NCBI GenBank assembly: GCA_029953675.1
Contig: JAMWBK010000001.1
Coordinates: 3,720,001 to 3,784,000, forward strand
Length of the DNA: 64,000 nt
Source: Rhodosorus marinus CCMP1338
Lineage: Eukaryota > Plantae > Rhodophyta
Direction of reading: 5' to 3'
Every line of letters starts with the position of its first letter. Positions within the stretch are counted from its first letter, which is position 1. Position numbers and translations under genes: made by a program. This document shows positions 1-13,334 of the stretch, piece after piece. The notes under the pieces were generated by a model. The model searched no databases and was not told the DNA's origin. It worked only from the letters and a program-made list of their open reading frames with translations.

Positions 1-162
1 ACGAGCTTGTTTGCTTGGATGATATCGCAAGAAGGAAACAAGCCAGTGATTGATTCCCCGAGCGCAGAGAGTAAGAGAGACAGCGCTGTGCACTAATCTG
101 CAGCCCAGTTACAAACAACCATGGCCATACGTACATAATACAAACTCCAGATAAGAAAACTA

Positions 163-1797
163 TTAGAATATGCTTTCGGAAAACTTATCCGAGACCGCCC
201 TCGATGGCGCGGTATCTGGCTCTGAAAACTGTTTCCGCGGCACGAGAGGATCCGGTTCCGGTTCTTCCGCGTACATCCTGGACATCAATGCTCTCCCGGA
301 GTTCAAAATCGAAACACATTCAGCGGGCAGCGAAAGACCCGATCGCCTGAGCATGGAAAGCTCGACAAGCGCGTAGGGGTATCTGTGGAAGCAGTTCAAG
401 ACGGCGCAAAAAGTTCTTTCCAACATGGGACGCCCAGACCGCTCCATTTTCCTCAGTACCTTCAGAAAACCGATCATGTTTTCGCTGGACACGAGAGCGC
501 AGAGCAGCGCTTCATAGACGTCATCCGATACCCCAAAACCCGCATCCTCCATTTGTCTGATGTACCTCCACCCTGTACCGATATCCTGGCGTCCCTCAAT
601 GTGCATTAAGATCATCTCAGCCCAAACCCGCTCGTCTTTGATTTTCATTCGATGGAACACGGCGAGAGCAGATCTCCACTCTCGACATGATGAAAACGCG
701 CGGATGGAGGCAGATCCCCCGTACAAGTCATCGTCCTCAACCTGTGCGGCCAACTGCTCTACCAGATCCTTGTGCTTGTCATTGCCGCACGCCGTTATCA
801 CCGCGGCTCGACATTTTCGGTCCAGTGCGACTCCCGCACCATCCAGTTCGGCCTGGAGTCCAACCGCACTTGTAGCACTCGGCTGAGACCGCAATAGAGA
901 CACGATGACCCGATTATCCCCGTCGATCGATCTCCCAGCATTCAGAAACGATCTGAGCTGATGTAAGCCTCTATCGAAATCTTCGTTCAGCACCCGAGCT
1001 TCAATCATCGCTCCTTCCAGCGTCCATTCCAAGTCGCCAAACCTCGACTTTGCCTCCTTGTGAAGATCTTCGGCAACATGGAGCAATCCATCAGCTCCTG
1101 AAACATCATCCAAAAGGCTACCATTAGTCTGGGCGTGCGATGTATTCGGAACGGAGTGCTCAAGCCTTGAAAACTCTTCATATCTTTGAGTCAGCAACGC
1201 ATGTTGTTGAGGTCTCAACACTCAGCCCGTCAACGAGCACGGAGCGTTACCCGAACTTGTGCCAATGTTCCTACCTAGTGAGGCGATGATTTTTGAGTAG
1301 ACTGTCACTGTCATGCTTTCCGGTGAGCTCGTCGAGAGCTCTTTGCAGAGGCTTAATGAGCAAGCAGCAGTTCCCTTGACCTGGGATAGAGACGATATCA
1401 ATTTTGGTACGGACGAGTTGGGCCATGTCCAACCGACTTCTGCCAGCCATTTCAATGCCCTTTCTGGAGCGACACGATCATGTGGCTTCTGGCATAGTCT
1501 GTCGATTGAAGCCAGCAGCCCATCGCCGATGCTTGGCTGTAGAAGAGAATCTTGAACGTCGAACGGAAGGTCCTCCGGAAGGTACTCTGCTGTCAGATCA
1601 AGCAGAGCATCGGAGTCAGATGAATTCTCGATCACACGAGCCACTAACGACCGTAAGCCTTCGGAACCGCCGTCTTCGGCGTGAGAGTGACCGATCGTGG
1701 TGCTCGCCGCCCTTCTGAATGTGCTCCAACCACAAGGCCGCCGTGGCCCTAATCGCGCACGGAGTAAAAGCTTAGCCCGACTCATCCTTGAGTACAT
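163..1797 (-). CDS. Pentatricopeptide-repeat (PPR)-like protein, probably organelle-targeted; two exons
   Basis: ORFs 1222-1797 and 163-1221 are in one frame separated by a single TGA that lies inside a probable short intron (GTAACG donor at 1250, CTGAC branch-like motif, AG near 1176-1184). R/L/S-rich N-terminus; degenerate PPR-like helical repeats (e.g. WRSALAVFHRMK, VYEALLCAL, TFCAVLNCF). Confidence 0.75.
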
Positions 1798-2918
1798 CCC
1801 GAAGCAAGCAAATCTAGCTCAGAGAGCTCCCTATGCCATCGGCTCCAGCATCAGGGCGATTGGTGCGAAGCGATCAAACCTCGGCGGCCCTAGCAAGTCG
1901 TCCACAACGGCATTTTCATGGAAAAGTCCACTCCTTACAACTGGTCGCAAATTTTATGCCTCGTTAGACATCGTCAGGCTTTGTCGTATGATGTCTCGTA
2001 CTCGCAACAACCCACCTCAACCATCTCTGTGCCTCCCTAGCGCCCTCTCCAAACCCAAGAAAGCTCTGTGGGTGTGGTCTGGAACGACGACCCAGTAGTG
2101 CCAGTCGCATTGGACGGGATTCCGCTCGGCATCCAGTTGTAGTCGAGCGCAGCCGCAGTGGTGTACAGGAGGCTACTTGAGAGTCTTCATTACTGTATAA
2201 TATGCATGTCAGCTTATCGCCTGTCTAGTGGTTATTGGACTACGGAACAATCCGAGAATCTGACGTTTGCCGGAGGCTCGTCTTGCTGGCATTCGAACGA
2301 GGGAAGATGAACTTGCTCGATCTGGTTGCACTTCAACGCGTCCTAGCCTCGCCTATTCAGATCGGGCTTGGACTGCCTTTGGCATGACAGTGTTCAAGAT
2401 CGCTGTATAAGAGGATGCATCGATAAGGAACTTTTTTTTTTGTTTAGCATCCGACCGCGGTTGGTCCAGTACCAGGAGCCAGTTTTCTTGCGGGCGACGA
2501 TGGTAGTGTGTAGGAACATGCCAGCTCCACCCACCTCGAGGAAACGTGTTCTCAACCTCTATCTACGGATGGAGCTGTCCAGAAACACTTCTTCGAACTC
2601 CTCGGGCATCTACTTGTGACGTCGGTGAGCCGCAGATTTTCTTGGGGGAACTGGCACAGCCCGTGTTCTCAGGTGCTGCGATGGAATTTTGGTGAAAGTG
2701 GGCCTTGCCAGCGCCGGACAAACACCCTTTGAACACTTCGAGCCGAATTTGAACAACCGTTTCCCCCGCTAGCGATCGAGTTTTGCACCGAACAGCCCTG
2801 GTTCCTCAAACCTGCTGGTCCGAGATCTTTTTTGGAACTATTTCTTTTTCCCTCGCACCGTTCGCGCTTTTCCCACTAAAGCTTTTTCTGTCTATTTATG
2901 TCCACACGTAGTTCATTC

Positions 2919-4795
2919 TCACGGGGTTCCATCCTTCTGTTCTAGGCTTCTCATATCATAGTTTAGGAGCGTGAAGTCGCCGTGCTGTTTGGTTACCAGC
3001 TTCTGTACAGTCCCCTCACTAAAAAGCGTTGAAACGAGATCCTCTTCATGTGAGCCTTCAATGCCTAGTTCCCCCTTTGTCAGAAATCTCTCACTTGCGT
3101 GGTTTGTAGCTCGCAGGAGCAGAGAAGCATCAGCTTCCAAGTCCTCAAACCTTCCCACAAAATCGTATGGGAAGCTCCCAAGTCCGCACAGCGAAGCCTG
3201 TGACGACCAGTTTTCATACTGAATATCTTCGTTTTGCGCAATGAAGAACAAGAAATTGACATGGTTGTGAGTGTTCTTGATACGGAATTGCAAAGCCTGC
3301 GCACCCTCTACTTCCGGAGAAGGCTTCCTCGGCTGAAGCATGGGCAATCGTCGAGGACTGCCAGACGAACCCAGCTTGGTCGTTTTTCTGAATTGCAACC
3401 TACTTTCATCAGTCATGGCGAGGCGGACAATGAACTCGTCAAAGCTTGGGCGTCGTGCCTTGGTCACGTCGTTCTTGTCAACGTAGTCCCGCCCGTATAA
3501 CTGCCCCATGTAGATCTTATATTCCTCGGATTCCTTCGGTTCCTTCGTGAGTTTGTTAATGTACGTTGCTAACATTCTGTGCACGGGATGTCGAACGAAG
3601 GTGAACGTCACAAACGATCCGTCGGCTAGGATCTCATCAACCTCTTGCGCGGAAAACTCGCTCAGATACCTAGGAGGGGAGGGGGAGAAGATAGGATTTC
3701 AGATCATGAGCGGTTTACTAGAGTCCACCGTAATGGAGCCCGTGACGAGAAAATAAGGAGCATTCATTTGAGGCTCTCTTTTTCCAGTCCGTTAAAACGT
3801 ACCTCAGACCTGAGGCGGTTCTACTACGCGCTTTTTGGATGTCAAGGTAGTCAGGGAATCCCTCGAGCTTTCTCATGAGGACCTTCCAGTTGGTGCTTGC
3901 TGTGGAGGGTATTGGACAAAATATTAGCTTCGACTTCATTGACACAATAAGTCTCCTCGCATAGCTACTCCCTAAGACATCTTTGGCGGTTACGTCGGAG
4001 GCCGGGTAGAGGGTTCGACCTCTAAAAAGGGACCTGCTAATATCCGTCTTCAAGTTCGTACGAAGAAGGAGAAGTCGTTATGAAGCAAGTAAGCAGCTGG
4101 GTAGATGTTCTCAAGCATGAGCAAGAGCAAATCTCGGAAGACCGGAAAACGAACTCAAAACTCACCCCGTCTTGGAATGCTGCTTCAAGGGAAACCTGTT
4201 CTAGCGGGTTCTCCTCTTGCTCAGTTTTCTCTGGTGGCTCGCGTTCCATGGTCTCCATCCCGGCCTTCGCAGTTTCAGACCTGAAACTTTCGCCAGGACG
4301 TTTACTGCTCTCTTTGCCTGGGATCCCATGAGTATCAGTACCGAGCTCAGGTCCCCGAATAGCTCCCGGAGAACCTCCCTCACGCGCTTGGATGTGTTCG
4401 GAGTAAATACTAGTTTGCGGGTCGCGCAAATAAGGGGATCTTTTGGCGGCAGGTGGCTCTTCAATCGCGCACCCGCATCTTAAGTACATATACAATGCCA
4501 TTGCAACAGACAGAACAGCCGCAACGGGCAGAAGCTTCTCGGTGTTGATCTTTCTCCTAAACGATCTCTTCCTCGAATATCCTTCAGGAAGAGAGCCGTT
4601 GCCTCCCGGTGATTTCTTGGCCAACCCAGGGTATGAATATACCCTTGGACTGTTTGCTACCGGGGGGCTCTCGCCTAGGGCCATTGGCGAAGTCGGGCTT
4701 GAGCCGGGTTGCCGACGTCCCCCGTTTCCACCAACTGACGGGTTCTCCGAAGGTTCCCTGAATCTCACAGACGGCTCTCTACGTCCTCCAGACAT
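2919..4795 (-). CDS. Golgi-type carbohydrate sulfotransferase (Sulfotransfer_2/CHST-like), multi-exon
   Basis: N-terminal TM segment LLPVAAVLSVAMALYMYL; 5'-PSB-like FCPIPSTASTNWK (3718-4053 frame); 3'-PB-like FTFVRHPVHRMLATY and YDFVGRFEDL (2919-3611). GTGAGT donor near 4165. Exon boundaries not fully resolved. Confidence 0.8.
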
Positions 4796-4968
4796 TTTGT
4801 CTTAGATTGGGACGACCGTGTTCAAAGGCGCTCTTTCAGCTACTCGGAGACCGACCGAAAACAGGCAACCAAAAGCCTTAATCAGGCCGCATCCAAAGGC
4901 GGGAGTCAACTCAAACCCAAGGACTTCATTGCGATTTCGTGATCAGCTGCTCATACTTTCTTATACTT

Positions 4969-6110
4969 CTACTCCTCCAGGTTGCCCACGCTAGTCACAA
5001 CACTCTTGTCTCCAGGTCCCAAGCTTCTCACCTGTGCACCTATTCCGCGCTGGGTATTTGACTTGCGGTGTCCCATCCTCGTGAAGGATGAAAAAACGTC
5101 TGCCTTTGCACAAACACATCTGTCCCATTTCTTTTTGTCCCACAGCAGTGTTGGAGTGTCAAAATTGTTGAATTCGATTAAATAGCCGCCAAAAACCCCA
5201 CCTAGGCTTGTTGTTAATCTAGAACACAGAGCTAAATTTATATCCTCTACGGACACAATATTCTCCTTTTCAATGAAAATCGTTTCCGTATTTCCCAAAA
5301 AAGGTTCCGAGGTCCAATATTTGTCCTCTCGACCCCACCCCTTGCCAGGTATCTCCACAAATTCATAGAAGCTTTTTTGTTTTAAAGGGTTGACAAGAAG
5401 TGGTCTCGCGTTCCGATCTGGAGTGGCGGGATTCCATGAGGCAGAGCAGGTCAATATTATTGCATGTAGCGGTAGCTTTTCAAGTAGATCTTGCGTCCTG
5501 GATGATGTCAACATCCGAGCCAAGTCTAACGCAACGAAGCGAACACAAGGCAGCCATTTAGCGTTCGCCAAAAGCGTAAGCATTGGGTTAGTAAAAGCAT
5601 GAAGCGGGGTTCCCGGAGTTGGTGCCCCAGGACAGTTCGTTGCTCTGGTCGACAATTGCGTCGCTAGTCTTGGAGTCATGCACCAACCGGCTACCCGTCA
5701 GGTTTGCACTCTCCTCACTGTATTTTGGCTATGCCACAGTGATCCACTCAGGGGAGCCGTCAAGACGGCAGTACCGCTCAGCAGGGTAATACAGAGCTGA
5801 GCAGAATCGTGAACCAAAGTCCAGACTACCGGCCTCCGTTTTGACTTTCTTAAACCATCCATCAAGATCGTAATGCTCCAATGCGGAGAAGACTTTTTAT
5901 GGCAAACTGAGAACGTCGTCAAGACGTTCTCGCTCCGATAGGCGCTTGAATTGCCCCCGAGAACATGCCGAACTGGTGAGAGTCCCAAAAAACGGATGGC
6001 ACCAAGACCTCCACACAAGAACCAAGCCAAAACAGGGCTGTCAATCTCCCCCCCTTCCCCCTTACCCCAAAAAGGCTCGCAAACGACAACCCCATCTATA
6101 TAGTCATACT
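4969..6110 (-). CDS. Probable host gene, possibly an O-fucosyltransferase-like glycosyltransferase
   Basis: 236-aa and 110-aa same-strand ORFs; C-terminal DRCVCAKADVF loosely resembles O-FucT C-termini. The product assignment is weak inference. Confidence 0.35.
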
Positions 6111-8794
6111 ATGCATGGGATCTTCCAAATCAGCCAATCGCTGCTGCTCGCAGAACAAGCCTCTCATGAAAGCTGAAAGCAGAGCTTATTGTTTTTTGCG
6201 AAATACGTAAAAGCAGAGATAGAAATTTCAAGGTAGCAAATTACGCCGCCATCCCCCCTGGTGAAAATCAACTTTCTCATCTGGGTAAGGACGCGTGGAA
6301 ATAAATAATTGGAAGATAAATTGATCGGAACACATTGTGTATCTCTATTTGTAAACGAAGATTACATACGAATGATGATTGGTGCTTTATTAACTGACCA
6401 TATGCACGCGTTAGGCAAATTCTCGAAACCTTTATTGGCTAAAAAAAAGCGTAATACAGGGATGAAACTCCTCGTATAGAAATAGGGGGGGGTAATGAAG
6501 CTACCGCATCAATTTTTTTTAGTACTATGAAAACGGTACAGTATTTGAGTGTTTCACGTGTTTTCCTCATCCACGCTTCTGACTACTTGTGAAGGAGGGT
6601 TTTGGACGGGCGGGTTTGAGAGCTTGTGGGTGATCGTGAGCGGGAGGTGTCCTGCAGAGTGGAGAGGGAAGAAGATTCAGCTCATGGATGTGTTTTGAAA
6701 AGTAGACAAAGTGAAAAAGAATGAACGCTTTGAGTTGTAGTCGAGTTCGTAGACGAGCGGCGTTGGCAGCCGTCCTTCCCTCGCCAAGTGATCAGCATTT
6801 TATGCGGGAGCGATTGTCGAGCTTGGCAGGTTTGCCCTCGACAAGGTTGATGAGCTTTGTGGTGATGCCCCTCGTGCTGGGAGCTATGATGCTGTTGAAT
6901 GGGTTTCAGGAGTATCGGAGGGTAAACGGCCGCGGGAGAAGAATGGTAAATTCGGCTTAGCGAGCGAGTCTTCTGATCAATGCGTTGGTCTGCTCCATCA
7001 CGGGGCAGAGCCTTTGTGACTCGGATTTTTTTTTGTCGTGGTTGCGCTGTGCTGTAGTTTTTAGTCGTTTTGTAGACAATCGCGTTTTGTTTCCGTTGCT
7101 TTATGAGCTACGTCAAGCATTTTGCGTGGACTAGCCTGCCCAAATAGTTTGTCCCCATACCCGATCACCTGATCAATCAGTTAAATGGATGGTGTTTACT
7201 TTTTGAATTGCGTTTGTCTCTCCTGCAGAAATCACCAGTCGATTTTCTTTTTGCCAGAGCACAGCAAGCTCTTCCACAACATGCTACTCGCAAACTGGCT
7301 GGAGCTGGCACGATACCCAACTTGGGCGATGCACCGGGACTGGACCCATTCCAACCTTCATCTAGATCAACGTGATGAGCGGATGAGCACGTCTGCAAGT
7401 TTTGCGAGAAGCAGTGCTCTCCGGTGCGCCTAGTCAGTCGAATCTGAGATATTCTCAGAGGGAATAATTCCGGTCCGCTTGTGACCATTTATTTGAACGC
7501 TGCGCCCATTGGAAGCTCACATGACCAGATCGCCTTCAAGACAGGCTAGTCGCCATTTCTGCAATAGAGCACCAACACTTGCTTCCAGTTGAAATGCCTG
7601 TTGGAGTGGACAAAGCATTTGCTCACAGGCCAGGCGCGCGCCTGGTAACCCCAAAGCGATGATTTGCTCAAGGAAGCGGGGCCTCACCTAAAAGCTCCAA
7701 CGCTATGCTCACGGAGCTATCGTTACGAATGGGCTCGTCTGGTTTTTGAGATCACCAAGGAGCTAAGACCCTTCCCTTTAAAGCGGTTCCGCAATCGCAA
7801 TCACAATCGTGAACGGTTGAAGAGCACATGAACCACTTGATACATGTCCTCGATTTTTGGAATGACTAGGGATTCGCGAAGAGCCACTGCTCTGACCTGG
7901 CTTTATGAAATTCGGCTCAAGAGCCGTGCGACAGAGAACGATCATGTAATGAACCTCCCACTCTACGGGAGCACATAGTGCCAATTTCCGCTGGACGAGA
8001 CTCATCTCTGTGAGTGCGTCACTGGATCGTCGAAGAGGTCTGTCACCGTTTTTCAGAGCAAGCCCAATGAGGTTTCTCCCTCTTATCGCTTGTTATCGTG
8101 TAGAATATCAATCCTTATTCATCATCTATACCAAATTCTGTTCAACCTCCCTATCAGGAGGAAGGACTCAGGGCGGCTCCCTGCTGGATTTGCTGGTTCA
8201 CATCTAGAATGTATGGGACATGTTGATCATCTGGGGTACCGTCGATAATAACCTACCACCAGAACATAATTAGACCCTCGAAAGCACCCCATGAACCCAG
8301 GCCTAGGGGTTGGCAGCGAGCACGTCAGTCCCACAGTTTCTGCATCGAACAATAGCGGAACGCCCGTTCTTTCCAAGTCTGTTCGAAACGGACGATATTC
8401 TCCTATGCAGATTCGGGCAAGGTGAATTGAAAAGGATAGTTCGCCGTGTGACTTGAGTTTGGGATATGTTTATGTTGTTCCTGAACATCAAAAAGCTTTC
8501 AAATGAAAACTCTTAAACTTGACTATCCCCATGAACGTGAAGAGAGGATATCCACGTTTTCTAAGCTGTTGTTTTAGAACGGGCAACTTGTTCATTAGTT
8601 TTCCCCCTTTTTTCTTCTTCGCGCTGCTTCAGCTGCTGAGGGGACGTTTTGTGAGAATGGGCAAAATGGATGAATTGAACTTGTCGGGGAAGGAGTCGTT
8701 GTTGAGGAACAGGGAGGATTCGGGAAAGAATGTGCTGCATGAAAAGGTAGACAGTTGAAAGCAACAAGCTTGCCGGTGTTCAACCGCTGGCAGT

Positions 8795-9904
8795 TTGCCA
8801 GTTCTCTTTTTGTGGGAGTTAAGAAGTATGGAGTCGAACGCTTTTTCGTTTGGGGCGATGACAATGGAGGAGCCGGAACCAATTTCATTTGGGACGTTTC
8901 GCCAGAAATATTATGCGCTTGAAAAAGAATTGGAAGCAGATCAAGGTGACCTAGATAAGGTGACGGAGGCACAGAAGAGGTGTATGGACGCAGAGAGGCA
9001 AGTCAATCGAGTGGAGAAGGAGCGAAGTCAGGCGGAGGCAGCTTTGGGTTTTATCGAGAGACAGTGTTTGGAAGCGAGAAAGGGAGGGTTGAGGAAGTTT
9101 CTTAAGGGCGGCAGTGATGTGGATTTGGATATGTTGGAGATAAAAAAGTTGAAATACCAGAAGCGACTGAACGAGCTTCACAAGGAAGTTAGAAAAATGC
9201 AGGACAAGAAACTGAGGACTGAGAGCAACCTTGCGCAGGCGCGAGAAGAGTTTCTACGGAAAGTCTACTACGGCAAGAGGCAGCGAGTAGCGCTTGAACA
9301 GGCGTTTCGAGGAGAAGACGTTAGTACGGACGCTCGGAGACTGCAGCAGAGGCGTGACGTAGCAAGGAAAGATTACAGAAAATCCCTTGAGAAACTTGAG
9401 GACCACAAGGCAGCACTTGCACACCTGGAGAACAGCCGATCAAATCTACTGATGATCCACAACCTTCTACGGACTCTGTCTTCCAACCACTCCGTTGCAC
9501 AGTTTATAGTTGGAGACAGTGGTCGCACCAATAATGCAATGCAGCAAGCGCAGGTGTTGTCAAACAAAGCCTTGAACGAACTCAGCCAGGCCAACAGCGC
9601 AAATTTTGAGCTAGCGAGGCGGTCACAACTCGAAGATCTTCTGGGGGAATTCAAGAGCTTGTCCAGCATCGTGAGCGATGGTTATATAGTTGACGCGAGC
9701 ATAAGGAGGAAGTTGGGAAAGCTTCAGCAGACCGCAGAGCAAGGACTTGCCTTGCTGACCAAAATGCTTGACCTGCAGCGGAATGCTATTTCAGATGCGG
9801 AGAAGAAATGCGACAGCCGTAAAGGCGGCCTCGAATCTGTTCAGCAGAGCTTGGAGAAGGAGCGGCTGCGTCTAGTACACACTCCGTATACCGCTATGGA
9901 TTAG
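8795..9904 (+). CDS. Coiled-coil protein of unknown function (paralog of 20464-21861)
   Basis: 369-aa ORF, likely starting at MESNAF. Aligns by eye with the 20464 ORF (GLRKFLK/GLRKVFR, EQAFRG/EQAFQG, LEKERLRL/LESERVRL). Confidence 0.8.
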   Translation: MPVLFLWELRSMESNAFSFGAMTMEEPEPISFGTFRQKYYALEKELEADQGDLDKVTEAQKRCMDAERQVNRVEKERSQAEAALGFIERQCLEARKGGLRKFLKGGSDVDLDMLEIKKLKYQKRLNELHKEVRKMQDKKLRTESNLAQAREEFLRKVYYGKRQRVALEQAFRGEDVSTDARRLQQRRDVARKDYRKSLEKLEDHKAALAHLENSRSNLLMIHNLLRTLSSNHSVAQFIVGDSGRTNNAMQQAQVLSNKALNELSQANSANFELARRSQLEDLLGEFKSLSSIVSDGYIVDASIRRKLGKLQQTAEQGLALLTKMLDLQRNAISDAEKKCDSRKGGLESVQQSLEKERLRLVHTPYTAMD

Positions 9905-10729
9905 CATCCATGTGTTTTTGTTTTGTCTGAGTTGTCGCCTATTGGGCACCGATTGAGGACCGTGAATACACGGCCCGGGGTTTGATCAGCATTTTATTTA
10001 TGTCATCTTTAAAACCAGCCTTCAATTTTTCGATGCAGACTACCGCTTCGGTCTCCGGTATCCGGACAGCCTCGCGGTATCTTCATTGCTCGCTATCCCT
10101 CCTAGGCTGCCGGCTAAACGAGGTACAATGTTTCTACCTTGTCCACTCCCGCTTACAATCGTTTCGGTTTATTGCGGCGAGGGGTGCTCAGCACACAAGG
10201 CTGAATACCACAGTGCTTTCCGAGCTTGCCATTACCTCTGGAAATTGACCCCCTTCCCCCGTCCTTACTTCAAACTCCCCAAGCAGCCCAACCTCCTAGC
10301 GATAGTCTACCGACCACGGTTGTGATGGCTGTTCACTACTAAATATTGCAACATTCTCATGAGGCACACAGCGGGGAATGCGACTGGGAGCACTAGCTTG
10401 GCTCGTTTTCGACTTGGTCAGCCCATTCACAGCTCCTTGTGCTACCTTAAAGACCGGAAACGACTTGTTTTTGTTCCCCCACCGGAATTTGTGCTACCTT
10501 TTTTGTCGCAGGGGCTCCCCTGCTGCGCCCGGGTTTCTTCACTTTGCGATCCATACCGGTCAAGCTGCGCAAGGGTGTCAGCAAAAGGGTTGAGGCCGGG
10601 ACAGTGGGCCGGTCTTCCGCCCAATCCTACTGTCATGGGAGAGGCCGCGATCGCGAATTCACGATATGTTTCCAGAAGTCTTTGACCAAGGAGCGGTATC
10701 ACAACTGAAGTAGCTCCCCGTGCTCGAGA

Positions 10730-11860
10730 TCACTCAAGGCCCGGTTGGAATTGGAACTGCGTTATGAGAGGGTAGTGATCAGAACCACCTGCTTCCACAA
10801 CCTCTGCACCCACACATGTTAGTAACGCAGGATTGTAAAACACGTGGTCGTAAACGGCGCGAAGCTTTAGTCCGAGGAACTTTCCATGCCAGGTATGCGT
10901 CCTGGAGCTGCTACAATGCTGAGAAAGTGCGTTCACGAGCCCCATTTCCTGCTCCAAGAACCTTGTGCACAGGGCGTTGGATGTATTGAGATCCCCAAGA
11001 ACGATCGTTGGAATTTTGCCTTGGTCCTGACCATTGGAAAAGCGTAGCTCCTCGGGTGAATGGAGAAACTTCCGTGTTGCGTAGTACATGCACTCACCTC
11101 TAATAGACACTCACAGTGAGTTTGAACTTCCTGCAATCTTTGCTTTTCCACCTTCCAAGGAAGACTGGGAAACGCGGCTCTGAGGTGAAGGTTGACAATC
11201 TCCAGTTCTGAGATCCGTTCATCAACGATCACGGATGTTTTCCATGCAGGGTACCAGCCAAAGAAGATCTCCTTCGACACAAGATCTGAGGCCCCGAGCG
11301 GAAGTTTCGAGAGAATTGCAACACCGCCATGACGCCAGCGATGGTGCAGGAACCGTATATGCTGGTAAGCTTCAGTAACGCTCTGTTGCTCCAGTAGAAA
11401 CTTTTCCCAGCATCTGTTTGTCTCTTGGAGGCACACAATATCTGCGCCGCTCTGGGCTATGACATGCGCCGTCTTAAGATTACCAGGAAAAGCCAAGTGA
11501 CCGTCCTACTCCAAAAAAAGCAAAACTGATGAGCAACAGGTCGAACCGAACGACCTAGCCGTGGATTTCAGAAGAACATACCATGTACACGTTGTATGTC
11601 GCCACGGAAATATGTTGCCGAAGCTCATGGTTTTCATCGGGCCTGATCCGTTCATCTTGCCGCATTGGCTGAAGATGGACGCAGGTCACTGCCCGCGCTA
11701 AGTAGTTCCTCGCCCGGAGCCACTGACCCTGCGAGGAGGAAAGCGACCTCAGCGGTGGCTTCTTTGTTATCCTACCGTTCGACGCGCCAACAAAGCAAGT
11801 CATGGACACCATACAGCAGTGTGCAGGGTTCTCCCAAATGGTTCTCCGATGACGAGTCAT
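10730..11860 (-). CDS. Endonuclease/exonuclease/phosphatase (EEP) family protein, at least 3 exons
   Basis: Ordered EEP motifs VATYNV, IVCLQE, GVAILSK, VNLHL, VLGDLN, YDHVF, GSDHYP across ORFs 11555-11860, 10933-11496 and 10730-11110; GTATGT donor near 11581. Confidence 0.85.
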
Positions 11861-12731
11861 GGATGCACGTTCCGATGATCTAGCACGTCCTGATCAGCCT
11901 CTCAACAACAATGGCGAAGAACGCAAGCAATCAGATCGAGACGAGTTGCGGCAATTGGGGGGAAGCTATCCGGGATGCCCAGTGGCTAATCATACAGGCT
12001 TTAGGTATTATGCGGATACCAATGCTGTTGACTAGCGAACTTTTTCGCCGTGGAGCGCGAGCTCCGGCCAAAGCGAGTTTCCTTTTGTTTACGTGACCAA
12101 CGGAGTTTTGTTGGTTTCTGCCAACAGTCTTAAAGGTCTGCTGCCGTACCAGTTCGCTGAGCAGAGGCCCCTTGCAAAGCGGCGAAATTCGCAAACTGAC
12201 TCTTCCCCGTCGCTGTTGGGACTTGATCTCCCTTACCCTCAACGCGGGTTGATTACCTGCGGGCACGCAGCAGCTCAATTGAGATAGTCTTGTATCATTG
12301 ATGGAGGCTAGATTGTTATAAGTCTGCTGACGTGCTCCCATGGAAGGCATCCCAAGGCCACTTTTTATGAGAGCGCGGCACCGAGCTTTTTTTCGGCCAC
12401 TCTCAAACACTCTCCGGGTGGGTTGGTTCTGTGGTCTGAGGAATGCAAGCCAGCCACTCCATGAGCCCATAGCAGACAGCCACTAGAAACCTAGGAGAGC
12501 AATCGCATCATTCAAGGACCTGCCCGCCGCCATATCTGACGCAATTTCAGACTGCAAATGATTCCAAAAATTAGGTTTATATTAGGTGAATGAGCAAACA
12601 AGCCAAACGAACTAGCGAGTCCTTTCAAAAACAAATCACGCGGAAACAAGCCGCGACTGTGCAAAGCCGCTAGCCACGATCGTAGGTACTGAGATATCTG
12701 CGCTCATGGTGCAGCAGTGTATTCGCCTTTC

Positions 12732-13334
12732 TCAGATCGTCTCGGCGATGACGGAGATAGCCAGCTCTCTCGCAATCCTTCCGCTCGAGCCCATGACCTT
12801 GCGACCTCCACTCTTGTTGTTCGCGCTCTTCTGTGGTTTAGCCCTGTCCTTCTGAGTCAAAGTGTGCATCTTTACGAGCAAGTCTTCAATGTCCTTGTAC
12901 CCCTTTTTCGTCGCGATCATCAGAGGCGTCTGTTTTTTGGCGTTCCTGATATTGAATTTCGCCTTGTTCCTGAGGAGAAGCTTAACAACTTCAATGTGAT
13001 TGTTCTCAACAGCATTGAAAATCGGAGTGGACCCCTTTTGGCTCTGATCCGGCTGGTCAATCACTGCACCGTGTTCAATGAGCAGCTCGGCAACCTTAAG
13101 GTGTCCTCCCTCGCATGCAAGGTGCAATGACGTGGTTCCCTTTTGCTCGAACTCTGCGTTGTGATTCAAGAGGAGCGAAACAACTTCCAGCTGATCCGCC
13201 TTGGAAGCCTCCTGCAGAGGCGTCAATCCTTTGCTTCCCTTCCAGTTGATATTGCCACCACTGTCAAGAAGTTTGATAACATCCTCGAGGCTACCGTCCC
13301 TCGCGGCAGTGCACAGCTTCTCCCTCGGCCTCAT
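12732..13334 (-). CDS. Short ankyrin-repeat protein
   Basis: About four ankyrin repeats: GLTPLQEAS, GTTSLHLAC, GSTPIFNAV, KQTPLMIAT. Confidence 0.9.
   Translation of the reverse strand: MRPREKLCTAARDGSLEDVIKLLDSGGNINWKGSKGLTPLQEASKADQLEVVSLLLNHNAEFEQKGTTSLHLACEGGHLKVAELLIEHGAVIDQPDQSQKGSTPIFNAVENNHIEVVKLLLRNKAKFNIRNAKKQTPLMIATKKGYKDIEDLLVKMHTLTQKDRAKPQKSANNKSGGRKVMGSSGRIARELAISVIAETI

Noticed and set aside
1697-2619. ORFs 1697-2098 and 2368-2619
   Set aside because: No recognisable motifs; one overlaps the PPR gene antisense.
6225-6245. AAGGTAGCAAAT, resembling the 28S R2 target (TTAAGGTAGCCAAA)
   Set aside because: Short gapped match, no element junction and no flanking 28S similarity; compatible with chance.
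6500-8500. Short ORFs at 6.5-8.5 kb
   Set aside because: No domain signal or consistent exon chain that I can support.
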